A stretch of 63,919 bases of DNA, counting the filler, from Octopus bimaculoides (lineage: Eukaryota), in the NCBI RefSeq assembly GCF_001194135.2. It is 5 parts of 5 records of this genome, joined end to end, with 100 filler letters (N's around TTAATTAATTAA, not from the genome) between each part and the next. Parts side by side here need not be neighbours in the genome. Positions count along the whole stretch, not along the records: positions 1 to 27,335 come from NC_068984.1; 4 more parts are not named here. The stretch is one strand, 5' to 3'. Both the position numbers and the translations under genes were made by a program. Of the stretch, positions 12,031 through 24,862 are shown in pieces (the first letter of the stretch is position 1; every line of letters starts with the position of its first letter). Under the pieces are notes generated by a model. That model searched no databases. It saw only the letters and a program-made list of their open reading frames with translations, and was not told the DNA's origin.

Positions 12031-13211
12031 TAATGTTCCTCATAAGTAGTTGCGAGCTGGTTGCTACTGAGAAAAACAAAAGTAAAAACAAGATTGTATA
12101 ATGTTTGATGTTGAGTGGAGTGGGAAGAACAATTTGGGTAATGAGAGTAAAAGAGATTAATAAGACAGAGGTATTACAGTATAGATAGTGAAAAACATGT
12201 CAGCTACATGGGGCGGCGCTTCTTCATAAGTTGTAAATACATAAATATCATTGAAATCAATACTACTTTGTTTAGTTTTTCAAAATTGAAAATAAACTCT
12301 TCCGTAAATGTTCAATATTCTCAAATTTATTAATCTTAACATCCATTCGGTAAACTCTAATGATTAAGAAATGTTACGCTATTTCTGCTATTTATTACAC
12401 TGCCTATATTGTCATTGGTTTACGAAAGTGCGAAATTAAACACCAGGCAAAAAAAATCTTTCTATTAGTAATTGATATTTAACAAGATTACTTCTGAACT
12501 GTTGAATATATTTTAGCCCATCCAATATACAATTTGTGCCGAATATGTTACCCTGGAAAGAAATAACCCATCACTTTACCAGCAATGAAACGTAATTCGT
12601 TTAATTTTATCGTCTTGGGTAAGTGGATTCCTTAATCAGTTTCAGACCAGAGCATATCAATCAATGCTCGTGGTCCGCCTTTCGAAAGTAATTCAAACTT
12701 AGATCCAATTGAAACCTATGTGCAAATGCGTCCACGTACACTCAAAAGTGAAAAATATAATTCTACATGCATATATATTTTAAATACTCTTACTTGCAAC
12801 ATTATATATTTAATCCTAGCGTGACCAAGCTTTATACACAACGGCAAACGTAACGTGTGATATTATAACGAGACAAAAATTCGTTCACATAGGGCTGTGA
12901 ATGATCGACTTGGTTCTCGCAGCTGGCGAAAAGAAACGATGCAGAAACGTATGCGTCTTACGATCAAGTGACGTCATTCAAAACCCAAGATTTGTTTTCA
13001 GTCACCCATCTAAGGAAGAAAAACTTACCCTGGGAGTCCCGTGATTTCAAACGCAGCTACGGTCGTCTCACGTCCGAATGCACTCAAACGTATAAAAAAA
13101 TGACTTTTCACAAACACACACACATGCAAGCAAACACTCTTATACATACACAAACACTCTTATCATACTTGTACAGATACATATACTTTCCACACATAAA
13201 TACATACATAC

Positions 13212-13292
<81 letters not shown>

Positions 13293-13330
13293 TATATAAT
13301 AATAATAATAATGATAATACTAATAATAAT

Positions 13331-13956
13331 AATATATAAATATAAGCATATATCCATACATATATGTACATACCTATATATATATATGTATATATACATG
13401 CATATATGGGTACAGGGCATCAAAAAACGTTAAACACAATGAGAAACGAAGACATAGAAAGCGAACTTTTCTTCGAACAACGAAGAAAAACAGAGAAACG
13501 AGACATGCAACATAAAGAATATACCCCTTCGTCAGTTGTCCCTGTTTCATCTACTCCGCGTTCCGAAGGCAAGAACAATACGCGACTTCGTCGAAACAGT
13601 CCTTCCTGCAAAGCAAATTGAATAAAATTTGGGATTTTTTGCGTTGGGTGCAAGTGTTAACAAGAACAGAACAGTGAGAACAAGACAGTAAAAACAAACG
13701 GTGAGGGCTGTTGAGCCAAGACGATAGAAACATTATTATGGACGCTCGGTAGACGAGCCATGAAAAGAAACAGGCGAGCCACGTCTTTTCTTTAGGAAGG
13801 AAGTAGACAAAAACATAGATTCCCTTTCGTCCCGTGTCAGCAACGAGAGAGTCAAGGAGGGAGAGTGAGAGAGAGAAAGAGAGAGAAAGAGAGAGGGAAC
13901 GGTGAAAGGGAGAGCAGAATAGGGAAAGGGTGGGAGAGAAAAACTGAAAAGATGAA

Positions 13957-14007
<51 letters not shown>

Positions 14008-14402
14008 AGAGAGACAGAGAGAGACAGAGACAGAGACAGAAAAGATAGTAGAAGAGTGCGCATCGAAATTATTAAGATAAAACTTACTTGGAAAAGGATG
14101 CGTGGCGTTCGATCATATAATGATATAAATAATATATAAGTATATGCATATATCCATACATATATGTACATACCTACATATATATGTATATATACATGCA
14201 TATATGGGTACAGGACATCAAGAAAAAAGAAAACGTTAAACACAATGAGAAACGTAAACATAAGAACGAAAACATAGGAAATGAACTTTTTTTCGAATAA
14301 CGAAAAAAAACAAAAAAAAAAACAAGCAAAGAAACGAGACAGGCAACATAAAGAGTATACCCCTTCGTCAGTTGTCCCTGTTTCATCTATTCCGCGTTTC
14401 GA
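13331..14402. repeat. About 250-bp direct duplication (13331-13566 and 14131-14402) of an unclassified repeat plus its low-complexity flank
   Basis: Both copies read GCATATATCCATACATATATGTACATACC...GGGTACAGG...AAACGTTAAACACAATGAGAAACG...GCAACATAAAGA.TATACCCCTTCGTCAGTTGTCCCTGTTTCATCTA.TCCGCGTT.CGAA. Confidence 0.9.
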
Positions 14403-14446
14403 ATGTATGTTTGTGTGTGTATGTATGTTCTTTTATTATTTTATTC

Positions 14447-14822
14447 TTTTATTTGTTTCAGTAATTTGACTGCAGCCATGATTGGAGCACCGCCTTTAGT
14501 CGAACAAATCAACCCCAGAACTTATTATTTGTAAGCATAGTACTTAGTCTATTGATATCTTTTGCAGAACCGCTAAGCTACGGGGACGTAAACATACCAA
14601 CATTGAGTGTCAAGCGATGGTAGGAGACAAACACAGACGCACAAGCATACACACACACACACTTATATATATATATATATACACGATGGGCTGCTTTCGC
14701 TTTCCCTCTACCAATTCCACTCATAAGGCTTTGCTCGGCCCGAGGCTATAGCAGAAGACATTTTCCCAAGGTGCCACCATGTTGTTATTAAGCAATCTAC
14801 TTACCACACAGTCACTCCTATG

Positions 14823-14825
<3 letters not shown>
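14447..14825 (-). mobile_element. SINE family A, near-complete copy
   Basis: Tail TTTCAGTAATTTGACTGCAGCCATG...GGAGCACCGCC, core CCGCTAAGCTACGGGGACGTAAAC, internal microsatellite, head ...CTTACCACACAGTCAC. Confidence 0.85.
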
Positions 14826-14914
<89 letters not shown>

Positions 14915-15629
14915 AGAACAGTTTGATTTAGGCTCCTTAGGACCCCGAGTTTCAAGCGTGTGGCTAGTCTTCGACAATTGGGATCTTAGTGAGAGTTCGA
15001 TTGAAGAGAATCAATGTTTACTACTTGACATTAGCCTGCGATATGGCGGTTTGGTGCTGGTATTTTAGCGGTAACAATTAGCTGGCAAATAGTGCATGGA
15101 AGACAGGAAATCGACCGCGTTGTGGACAAGAAATCGGTCGTGTGATTGGGGAAAGCGGGAAGTGTGATAGATGCGGGAGTATATATGTATATATGTACAT
15201 GTATATGTCCGTAATTCTGTGTGTATGCATCCGTACGCATACGAGTGTGTATTTGGGCTTAGATGTACATTTATATATCCGTGAAGACCAAGGAATCTGA
15301 ATGAAATTGTTTTGATCTATACATGTAAGTCCCAATAAATGTGTTGAGAGCCCTTCTTCCGTTTGTCTACTCACTCGTATATATGGACGGTTGATTTTTG
15401 TAGTTATTACTACCAGTGTATTTTGGCGATTTAAATAAGAAATTTTACTGTTATTTCAAGCAGGTAGGCATACTTAGTATGTCCTTTGATTAATTTTAAT
15501 CCTTTAGCTATTTAATGTATATTTTTCTTTTTTTGTGTTTGCAATAAACATAAATCAGAAAGAAGAAACACGCTCTAAGATATAGAGTAGTATATATTAA
15601 AAATGGAGAAGGCCGGTTTATGGGATTCG

Positions 15630-18245
15630 CTTAGATTTCCCGTCCACAAACGTTTTAGTCTTATGGCGTATCGTCAGATCCAAAAAACCCGTTGACCATG
15701 AAATATGGAGTGGGGAATGCCTCAGTCCTTGAAGGTAAGAATCGAAGAATATCTCCCTTTGTTATCGGCTATCGGCTTCCGGATAACAGGAACCTCCTTA
15801 AATGTAATCATAGACCGAAAAATCTCCGTTCTGGAGTTAAAGATGTTCCCTGTTCAAGCGAGTCTTTTAGGATTCTCGCGCGTTCAGCTATGCATAACTT
15901 CCAACGCTTCCTCCCTTTGATGTAAAGGCCTGGGTTCTCGAGAATTCTACATGAGATCGAGTATGGAACCCTATCGTCTTCTAGTTGCCAGATGTTGCTG
16001 GCCAGTGATGTTACGTATCTCCTTTCCGGATTTCTGAAGAAGGACCTGTGGTTTGAGAGTGTGTTGTCGGTGCTGCACCTCATGGTGTTATTGTTGTTGC
16101 TGCCGCCTCCGCCACCGCCTCCNNNNNNNNNNNNNNNNNNNNNNNNNNNNNNNNNNNNNNNNNNNNNNNNNNNNNNNNNNNNNNNNNNNNNNNNNNNNNN
16201 NNNNNNNNNNNNNNNNNNNNNNNNNNNNNNNNNNNNNNNNNNNNNNNNNNNNNNNNNNNNNNNNNNNNNNNNNNNNNNNNNNNNNNNNNNNNNNNNNNNN
16301 NNNNNNNNNNNNNNNNNNNNNNNNNNNNNNNNCGCTGCCGCCGCCGCCTCCACCGCCGCCGCCGCCGCAGGCATTGTTGTTGTTAGGGCTGGGGCTGCGT
16401 CACTGAAGGTGGTGATGCCATTAGTAACGGTATTGCCACTGCCGGTTATGGTGAAGGCACTGTTGCTCTTATTGTGGTCGTCGTGACATTAACTGTGGTT
16501 CCACTGGTATTTCTGCTAGGGCCGCTGTCGCTGCTGCTACTGTTATTGCCGTTAAAGCTGTTATAAGGGTTGTCAGGTTTGCTACTGTGGACGATAGGGA
16601 AGTTGTTGGTAATGCTGGTGCCGATAGCGATGTTGCTATTGTCGATGCACTCGGGGGAACTGCCAATGCTGTCGCTGGTGCTGTTATTGCCATTGCTGCT
16701 AATGTTGTCAACTGTGGTAATGGTGGCGGTGTTACTGGTTCTGTTCTCGTGTCTACGGCTGCTACTGCTTCTACCCCTGGTATTGCCAGGGTCTTCTAGT
16801 ACTTAGGCTTCATAGACGACACCTTTGGGTTCGCAGTGGCCTCCCATCGAGCATCTGTTGCAATCCCTACATGAACATCTTGCCGCTTCCTGTGGATTAG
16901 GGTTGCTAACTAGGATGCTCTTAATATTGGGGGCACAGCTAAATGAGACTCTAACGTTGTGCCTGCTGAAAATGCGCCCGTAACTATGGGAGCTAGTGAA
17001 ATACTTATCTATTAATTTAAGGAATATTCTACCCTTGGGCGTTTTTATGTTAAGAGAGAAGGGGGAGCAAACGAAATGGTATTTCTACGGCGCTTCCTTC
17101 TGCGGCTGTTGGGTTCCGGCATGTAGGAGATGCGGCCCCTAAATCCGCAAGCAGTTTGGGCCTTGTTATACTATGAGGCTGCTACGCCGAAATTCTTTTG
17201 GTTGGAAGAAAGATTCGTGATACTCTTACTAACACCCTTTACCAGGTTCTTGAACACGGTGGGTGGGTAGCAGGAGGCTGTGTTGATGTACGTTAACCTC
17301 TCGTTTGGTTTGCGGTAGGGCGTGTATGTACCGGAGTCCAAGTTGAGCGTGATGTCTAAGAAGTCCAAGGTAATGCGGTTGGTCTCTATGGTGATCTTCA
17401 ATCTCATGCAGGCAGGTGTGCGGATTAGATCTTTTCTAAATCTGTCTGATGTGTGCCCATTTGCCCCCACACCCTAGAGATGGCCACGGTGTGATATCTG
17501 TAGAGGCCAAAGAGGACGAAGGGGAACTTTTTCCTAAGGGTATCGAGGATATACAAATATACAACCTGATGAGTTCGCATACGTCAGTGCTGTCGTAGGC
17601 ACCCATCACTACGTCAAAGGAGCACGTGGGGTAAGAATGATTGTCCCATTCCGAACCTTTGTTGAACAACAGTCATTTTGGCATGCATAATAACTTCTGT
17701 ATCTCTGTCGCTAATGTTAGTGAAGCTCCTAGCGAAAAGAAGTGCTTTGGCCAGTAGTTCTTTTGATATAGACGGGTAAAAGTCGACTTTATGAAAGTGG
17801 GTGAAACTTGCTCTGCCTCCCCTCTTGTTGGTGTAAAAACCATGCGATCACTTCGTTGGTGTTGCGACACAAGGGAAGATGGGTGGCCCTCTTTATGTTA
17901 TTGATATCTCGTAATATGTGCTTGCTCACCAGACCGATCTCAGTTAGGGTTTAAGGCAAAGTTCGGTTTATGATCTATTATGGCAATGATGGCGTTTCTT
18001 TTAGCTGGGATATCTACCCTATCTGTTATAGGCTATCGACTTCTGACACAGCCAGAAGTTAATAGACAATAACAAAGGGAGATAATTTCGAATTCTTACC
18101 TTTGAGTAATGAGACATTTTCCCCTCCGTATTTTTAAAAGATCGTGGGCCAGCAGGTTTTTGGGATCTGAAGATATGCCATAAAGAAAAATCTTTATGGA
18201 TGGGAAACATTAGGTAATCTCATAAAACGGCTGTCTCCATTTTTA
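15630..18245 (-). mobile_element. Penelope-like element (RT plus GIY-YIG; Naiad/Chlamys-like motifs), degenerate
   Basis: Motifs in order: DHKPNF...TEIGLVSKHIL...RNTNEVIAWF; DFYPSISKELLAKALLFA; FDVVMGAYDSTDVCELI; DFLDITLNLDSGTYTPYRKPN..YINTASCYPP; FAPPFSLNI..FLKLIDKYF..IFSRHNVRVSFSCAPN; GGHCEPKGVVYEA; NHRSFFRN..TSLASNIWQLED..WKLCIAE. Multiple frameshifts and stops. Confidence 0.9.
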
Positions 18246-18250
18246 ATATG

Positions 18251-18281
<31 letters not shown>

Positions 18282-18829
18282 NNNNNNNNNNNNNNNNNNN
18301 NNNNNNNNNNNNNNNNNNNNNNNNNNNNNNNNNNNNNNNNNNNNNNNNNNNNNNNNNNNNNNNNNNNNNNNNNNNNNNNNNNNNNNNNNNNNNNNNNNNN
18401 NNNNNNNNNNNNNNNNNNNNNNNNNNNNNNNNNNNNNNNNNNNNNNNNNNNNNNNNNNNNNNNNNNNNNNNNNNNNNNNNNNNNNNNNNNNNNNNNNNNN
18501 NNNNNNNNNNNNNNNNNNNNNNNNNNNNNNNNNNNNNNNNNNNNNNNNNNNNNNNNNNNNNNNNNNNNNNNNNNNNNNNNNNNNNNNNNATATATATATA
18601 TATATATAGACTGCTATTTCCAGCAGGTAGACATGTCCTTTGATTAATGTTAACCCTTCAGTAATTTCATGCTTTTTGAGGAGCCTGGAATCGCCTATAT
18701 TGATTCTGCTATTATCATTATAAAATTGTTATAGTAAATAATAACAGAGTCAATGGTATCTTAGCAATTTATTTTTTCGGGAATTATTTTTTTCCGTGTA
18801 TTATTTTCCCCGTATTGAAATTATTTTCA

Positions 18830-19380
18830 CACTGCCATGGTTTCGGCGTAAAGCGAATCAGTTGCAGAGAGGAAGAATAATTGCATCCATCACTCCTTAG
18901 GCGTTGCACCATCTCTCCTCACTACACTAATAAGTTCATGATGGGACCGTATGATTTAATCATCATCAAATTGCAAGACCAGCACAAATTCCATTCCTTC
19001 CAGGTGCCCTACCAAGATTCAATTTACTTATTTCTGCCATTACCTCATCTATTGAGGGCGTGGGTTTTAAGGAGCCAATCATAGGTCTTTTCATAGTATC
19101 AATAACTGTTTCATCCCCAACTGAGTTATGGTTCAGGAGTTAAGAGTAGTGTTCAATCCAGCGACCTGTGATTTCTGTTGATTTAGTAAATAGAGTAGAC
19201 GTCTCCTTGGAAAGCAAAGGATCTGATGCAGAACTGTTAGTCCCACAAATTTATCTCAACCACACTCAGAGCGATTTTTTTAATGAACTGAGATTAAGAT
19301 GTCCATCAGAGTTAAAACGTTTCGTCTCCTGTCCTTGTTAATTATTTCTTGAGAAGCTCTCTTGTTATGCCTCAGATAAC
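18830..19380 (-). mobile_element. RTE-type LINE fragment (linker to RT start)
   Basis: ITGRWIEHYS*LLN...PSIDEVMAEISKLNLGRAPGRNGI...DAIILPL corresponds to the RWxEHF..LLN / EV..AI..LK.GKAPG.DGI / DA.I pattern. Confidence 0.75.
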
Positions 19381-19477
19381 TGCGATCAAATCATTGTAGG
19401 TAGGTTCATGTGTATGCAGCACATCAGTCTTCATATCGCGGAATCAATAATCTCTTAATATTATTACCCTGGCAAAG

Positions 19478-19695
19478 TAGGCGAGCTGACAGAATCGTTA
19501 GCACACCGGGTAATATGCTATGCAACATTTCGTCCGTCCTTTCATTAAGTTCAAATACAGTCGAGGTTGACTTCGCCAGTCATCCTCTCGAGATTGATAA
19601 AATAAGTATCCGTTGAGCACTGGAGTCGATGTAATCGAGTATTCCCATTAGCTCCTTAATTACTTGCCTTGTACCAAAATTGGAAACGAATATTA
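19478..19695 (+). mobile_element. SINE family B copy
   Basis: GGCGAGCTGACAGAATCGTTAGCAC...GAGGTTGACTTCGCC.GTCATCC...GATAAAATAAGTA...GGAGTCGATGTAATCGA. Confidence 0.85.
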
Positions 19696-21624
19696 TTACC
19701 CTGGCATGGATTGGACAAACAGAAATGTGTGAAACCAGTTGTCTCATTGTATCGATTTCTTTATTTGCGGTTCACGTTAGCATCTTTATACATTATAAAA
19801 TTTATAATTTATTGCGGTTAGACAATGGTCATAAGCAACTGAATCAGACATTAGTAGTGGATTTTAGTCTAAAACTTTTGAGCTATTGCTGTATTCCACA
19901 TTGGTTTACTTCCTACGCGTTGATTGTAGCAGATTGTTTTTGCTTGCATTCTCCTATTTTAATTCGTAAAAAAAAAAAAATTAAATCATTTTCTTTTCTT
20001 TTGTCCTTAACTAATCCAATTTTTCACTGCAGTTGGATTCTAGTCACTGCGTTTGTTTGTTTTTTTCATTAATATTTTTATTGTTGTTTTTGCTGCTGAT
20101 GTTTGCTGTTGAATAGTTGTTAGAAGAATAGTAAAAGTAGCGCACGAACAATGTTAGGGTATATAATTATGTCTCTCTTCATTCTGAATTCAAAACTTGC
20201 CCCACTTAATTTAGCATTTTCTCCTACATGGTCGCACATTATAAATGTTCTGTTAAGAATTGAGTCCATTTGAACCAATTTCTTTACTCTCTCTAATTGT
20301 GTGTGATCGAATAGTTTAAAATCCATCAATATTATTATTAGATATAATAATACCAAATATAAGCTTGAATAATACGGTGAAGCAGGGCAAGTAGCAACAT
20401 AATTAACCAGGTGGTATTTACAATTTCTGTAATACCCTTACTTCCAGGTGGCTTTAATTATACAGGAAAGTAAGTCAACCAATAAATGTGAAGATGATAG
20501 ATCATGTGGTAATGGCAGTAAGTTGTTACATGATAGGAGCAAGATAATGCAATGAAGTAAAAAAACAAATCCAACAATATATGGTAGAAGAGATAATGTG
20601 ACACAGCGTCTAATAATGATAAAAAAATGATCTTTACTAAAATTGACTGCTTAGGTGAGATACTTAAATTATAATGCATCATGAGGAAGGGATGTGGTTT
20701 AATGTGCGGTATGATATAGAATGAACATATGTACTTTTCTCACTGAGTGTATATATGTTTTGTGCATGCATTTATATATGTGATGAGTATGATACACATA
20801 CACACATATGCATACATATATGCACACACGTACACATGCGTACACAGCGCGCGCGCATACAGAGAGTCACAAACAAACACATATGTATATATAATGACAA
20901 GCATGACGAGCATGACGATGGTCAGCAAGCGCTAAGTGCAGCAACGCCAATGTAAGTGCTTAAAGGCAAGAGCGGTATGCACAACATCGCGATGACTCAC
21001 TGGCAATAGCAAGTAGTACAGACACGAGCAAATTGAAAGATATCCTGCTCAGGTGTTTTTCATTCCCAGTGGGCTTACTCTTCTCTCAGACAGCAATTTG
21101 AGTGTTTATGCTTACATACATACATACATACATACATTTGCAGGAGTATGTGGATGTCTGTGCAGGAAGGGGCTTCGACGAAGCAACACTTGTTTAATTT
21201 AAGTAAGCAAGCTTCTCCTGTTGCAGATAATATATAGATATGCCAGAAAATTAAAATTTCTCATATTCTTCTAGTGTATAGGTAATATATAATATATACA
21301 TACATATATATATAATATGTATATATGTGTATATGTATATGTATGTATGTGAGTGTGTATGTGTATTTACACTTGTACACAAACGGGCTTATGAATTCTT
21401 ATTTTTATGTATATTCCTTTAAACTATATCTTTGTAAATCACTAGAAAATGCACCTAAACCAATGTTACCATGAGCTAAAAGTGGGAAGTGGTTGGCAGG
21501 GGCAAATTTAGTTTTAAAAAACATTCTTTGAAAGGAAGTGTCACATCTGTGTGTGTATGTATGTATTTTGTACGTATGTATTTTATATATATATATATAT
21601 ATATATGTGTATATATATAATATA

Positions 21625-21666
<42 letters not shown>

Positions 21667-22294
21667 CGCATACATATAATTTTCTAAAATTACCACTTAT
21701 CTTAGAGAAAAGAAACGGGCTTAGGTAAATGAAACGTGGTGTAGATTGCGTTTCGCCGCATCCTCTTTTGGCACGAACCGACACTTATACCTACATACAC
21801 GCTGTTACACATATTTTTGTTGTTCCATTTGTGTGTATCTGTATCGTTGTGTCCACACACCGATGTTCTAATGTGTCTATTAATATTTCTATCTACTAAT
21901 CAAATAATGATGAATGGATTAAGAGACAAGCAATAAAGAATAGCGCTCCACTGTCTGATACTGGGAGAAAAAGTGAGTGAGAGAGAGAGAGAGAGACAAA
22001 AACTGAGACAGTGAGAGAGATTGTGTGAGAAAGAGAGATGGCGAGAGAATTAGAAAGAGTTACAGGGAATTAGAAAGTGTTATAAAGTGAAAGAACGAAA
22101 TAATTGGAAAAAGGGAGAATTGGGTGGGAAAAGAAGAAAAACGTGTTATAAAGTCATGGAAATTCTGAATGAGGGAAAGGAAGATAGAGGGGAGGACCGA
22201 GAATATTACATATTTCAAGCTGAAGCACATTCTTGTTGCATAAATTTAAATAGTGTGGAATTCGAAAAGTGAAGCGCACATGAAATACCTGAGC

Positions 22295-22500
22295 AGCGGT
22301 GAGCTAGTATATTTGCTAGTGCGTCGGCCAAAATGCTTCATGTAATTTCTTCCGGCTCTTTAAATTTCTTAGTTCAAAATTCTGCCGAAGTTTACTTTGC
22401 CTTTCATCATATCGAGGTCGATAAAATAAAAAGCAGTTGAACATTGGAATCGGTATAATCACCTTATCTCCTCACATAAATTTGCTAACCTTCTGCCAAA
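22295..22500 (+). mobile_element. SINE family B copy (diverged)
   Basis: TTCAAAATTCTGCCGAAG-TTTACTTTGCCTTTCATC...GAGGTCGATAAAATAA. Confidence 0.65.
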
Positions 22501-24349
22501 ACGTTACCTACCTAAATTAGAATGCAATGTTTTCGGATTTTTAGTGGTTGATTAAATTAATTGTCCCAATTTCCCAAAATTTTTGATGTGATTCTCTATC
22601 CACCAGAGAAATCATTGTAAGCACTTCTTCACTTTGGTTTGGCGTCTTTCCGTTGCCAATTAAATTCTTCAAGTATACAAAGATTATATTTCGCACTAAA
22701 TCATTCTACGTAAGAATATACAAAGGGAAAATAATTGTATATACATTTCTCTAAATATCTTGAACATTTTTTTTTTATTGAGAAGTAATCGTACACTTTA
22801 TGAAGTAGTATTCCAGTTGAACTCAGGTTTGTGAGGCATATATTCTTAGACCTGTAAAGATTTACAAGTGAATTTCAACTGTACAATATCCAATAATCTA
22901 GACTTTTGCCACATTATAAAATCTATGGTGTGACGCTTTCTTAACAGAAAAATCAGTGTCCATGACATTTCTTTTAGTATTTCTCTGTCAGAAAGAAAGA
23001 AAGAAAAGTATTTTCAGACTGGAAATTTTGTCTCAATTCATGTAATAGACCAATTTTGGGCAGAAATATGTTATTTATTACTGCGTATGAATCTTCTAAC
23101 ATTCAAGCTTTTTTGACTCATTTCAGTTACAATATAACTGAAGAGTTTTGAAAAGAAATTTGAAAAGATTTTGTAACATGATCGGCTCAAATTATAGCGT
23201 TATGTCACTAACAGTACAATGCAATGTCACGAAAATGTGTGAAGTAGCGTAATGCTATGTATATTGTGGTACTTATAATATTTTCTAGAAGTCCAAGTCA
23301 ATATTAGGTTATTTCTTCAGTTTGTAACATAATGTAATATTTCCTTCTGTTTTATTTGATTTACTCATTTTCTAGAAATCTAGTCTAGTTTACTCGTATA
23401 AGTGAATTGTTGTCGGATAATCTTTGAATATGTTACATAATCGGTATAGTTTCTCACGATATCGAAATAGTATCATGTAACCGTTAAAATGCGGTAGATT
23501 GTTATTAATGCCTTAATAAATTGTCATTTTATATGTGTTTTATTGAAAACAGAAATAAAGTTTATAATACATTCATATCATAACTGAATTGGCATCTAAA
23601 TATATTACTAATAACATTTAGGTTGTCGATGCAAGCGAAACTAATGTCTTGTTTTATCTTAATTCGATATTATTTCGACGATCACACTCAATAATAAATA
23701 TTCAATGGATTTGGGGAACATTTGCGACTAGAATAAATCCATTAACGCATTAATAATTCTATTGATTGCTAAAGAGAGATTATCTAATTTAATGTTTATC
23801 AAATGATGCTAATATGTTATATATGGATAGTTCCGGTGTCAGAGAAAGCGCAGTAGTATGCTTAAGCTTTGTCAATTTCAAGATTATAAGAAGCAAGACG
23901 CAAATTAATACATCTGTTACCGGGTTTCGGAACAATCAGGTTCAACACCACCTTGAGTTTCTCACTCTCTCTTCTTTTCAATGACCATCAGAATGGTTTC
24001 CAAACAACTACATCAAAGTGAGATTTACTTAGCTATATTATGTGATCTTCAACAATGATGAAGGGCAAGGAAAAGAACATTATTGACCATACCGAAAGTA
24101 AAGTTCTGAGCGTGTTTGTCACAAAAATATCCGAATGTATCTCAGAAGATAATCTCCCAACAGAGAAATATATGAGGCAACACATCTTTATGACTTTTAG
24201 TTTCCTTTCGCATTTTTTGTTGTTGTTGTATCGTACACAGACAAGAATCACCTTCCAATGAAGGATCTCCAGCAAGTTCAACAATTACAGGCCCCTGGAT
24301 GATTTCAGGCTCGGTAGTGGATTGTTGATTTAATATGGGAATTTCATAC

Positions 24350-24460
24350 GAAGCTTAAACCCACTGCGTGGTAACTTGGACAAGTGTCTTCTGCTTCAGA
24401 CTGGGGCCAACCGAAGCTCCGTGAGTGGATTTGGTAGATGGAACCTGAAATAAGCACATT

Positions 24461-24532
<72 letters not shown>

Positions 24533-24810
24533 TCACACACACACAGACTCACACGCACACACACACGCAGATACGTGCCTATGTGTGCGTATGTGTAGGT
24601 ATTTTTGTGGTTGTATTTGTCACGCATCACCGCTTGACAACCGGTGTTCTCGTGTACCCGTCCCCGCATCTTTACGATTCGACAAGGTACACAGTGAGAC
24701 TAATTACCGAGTTTTAAAGAATAAGATGTGGTGGAGTCGATTCGTTCGACTAAGAATCCTTCAAGGTAATGGCCCATCATGGCCGCAGTTTAATAACTGA
24801 AACAGGTGAA
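24350..24810 (+). mobile_element. SINE family A copy with internal (CA)n tract
   Basis: Head CCCACTGCGTGG...GGATTTGGTAGATGGAACCTGAAA, core CCGCTTGACAACCGG, tail CATGGCCGCAGT..ACTGAAAC. Confidence 0.8.
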
Positions 24811-24815
24811 ACATA

Positions 24816-24862
<47 letters not shown>

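Noticed and set aside
20120-20356. FEFRMKRDIIIY superficially like the pre-M1 segment of Cys-loop receptors
   Set aside because: No Cys-loop, an early stop and no convincing splice context.
24236-24300. Acceptor-like site with an open frame; an NNYRPL motif in another frame
   Set aside because: More likely a tiny LINE RT scrap than an exon; neither reading can be supported.
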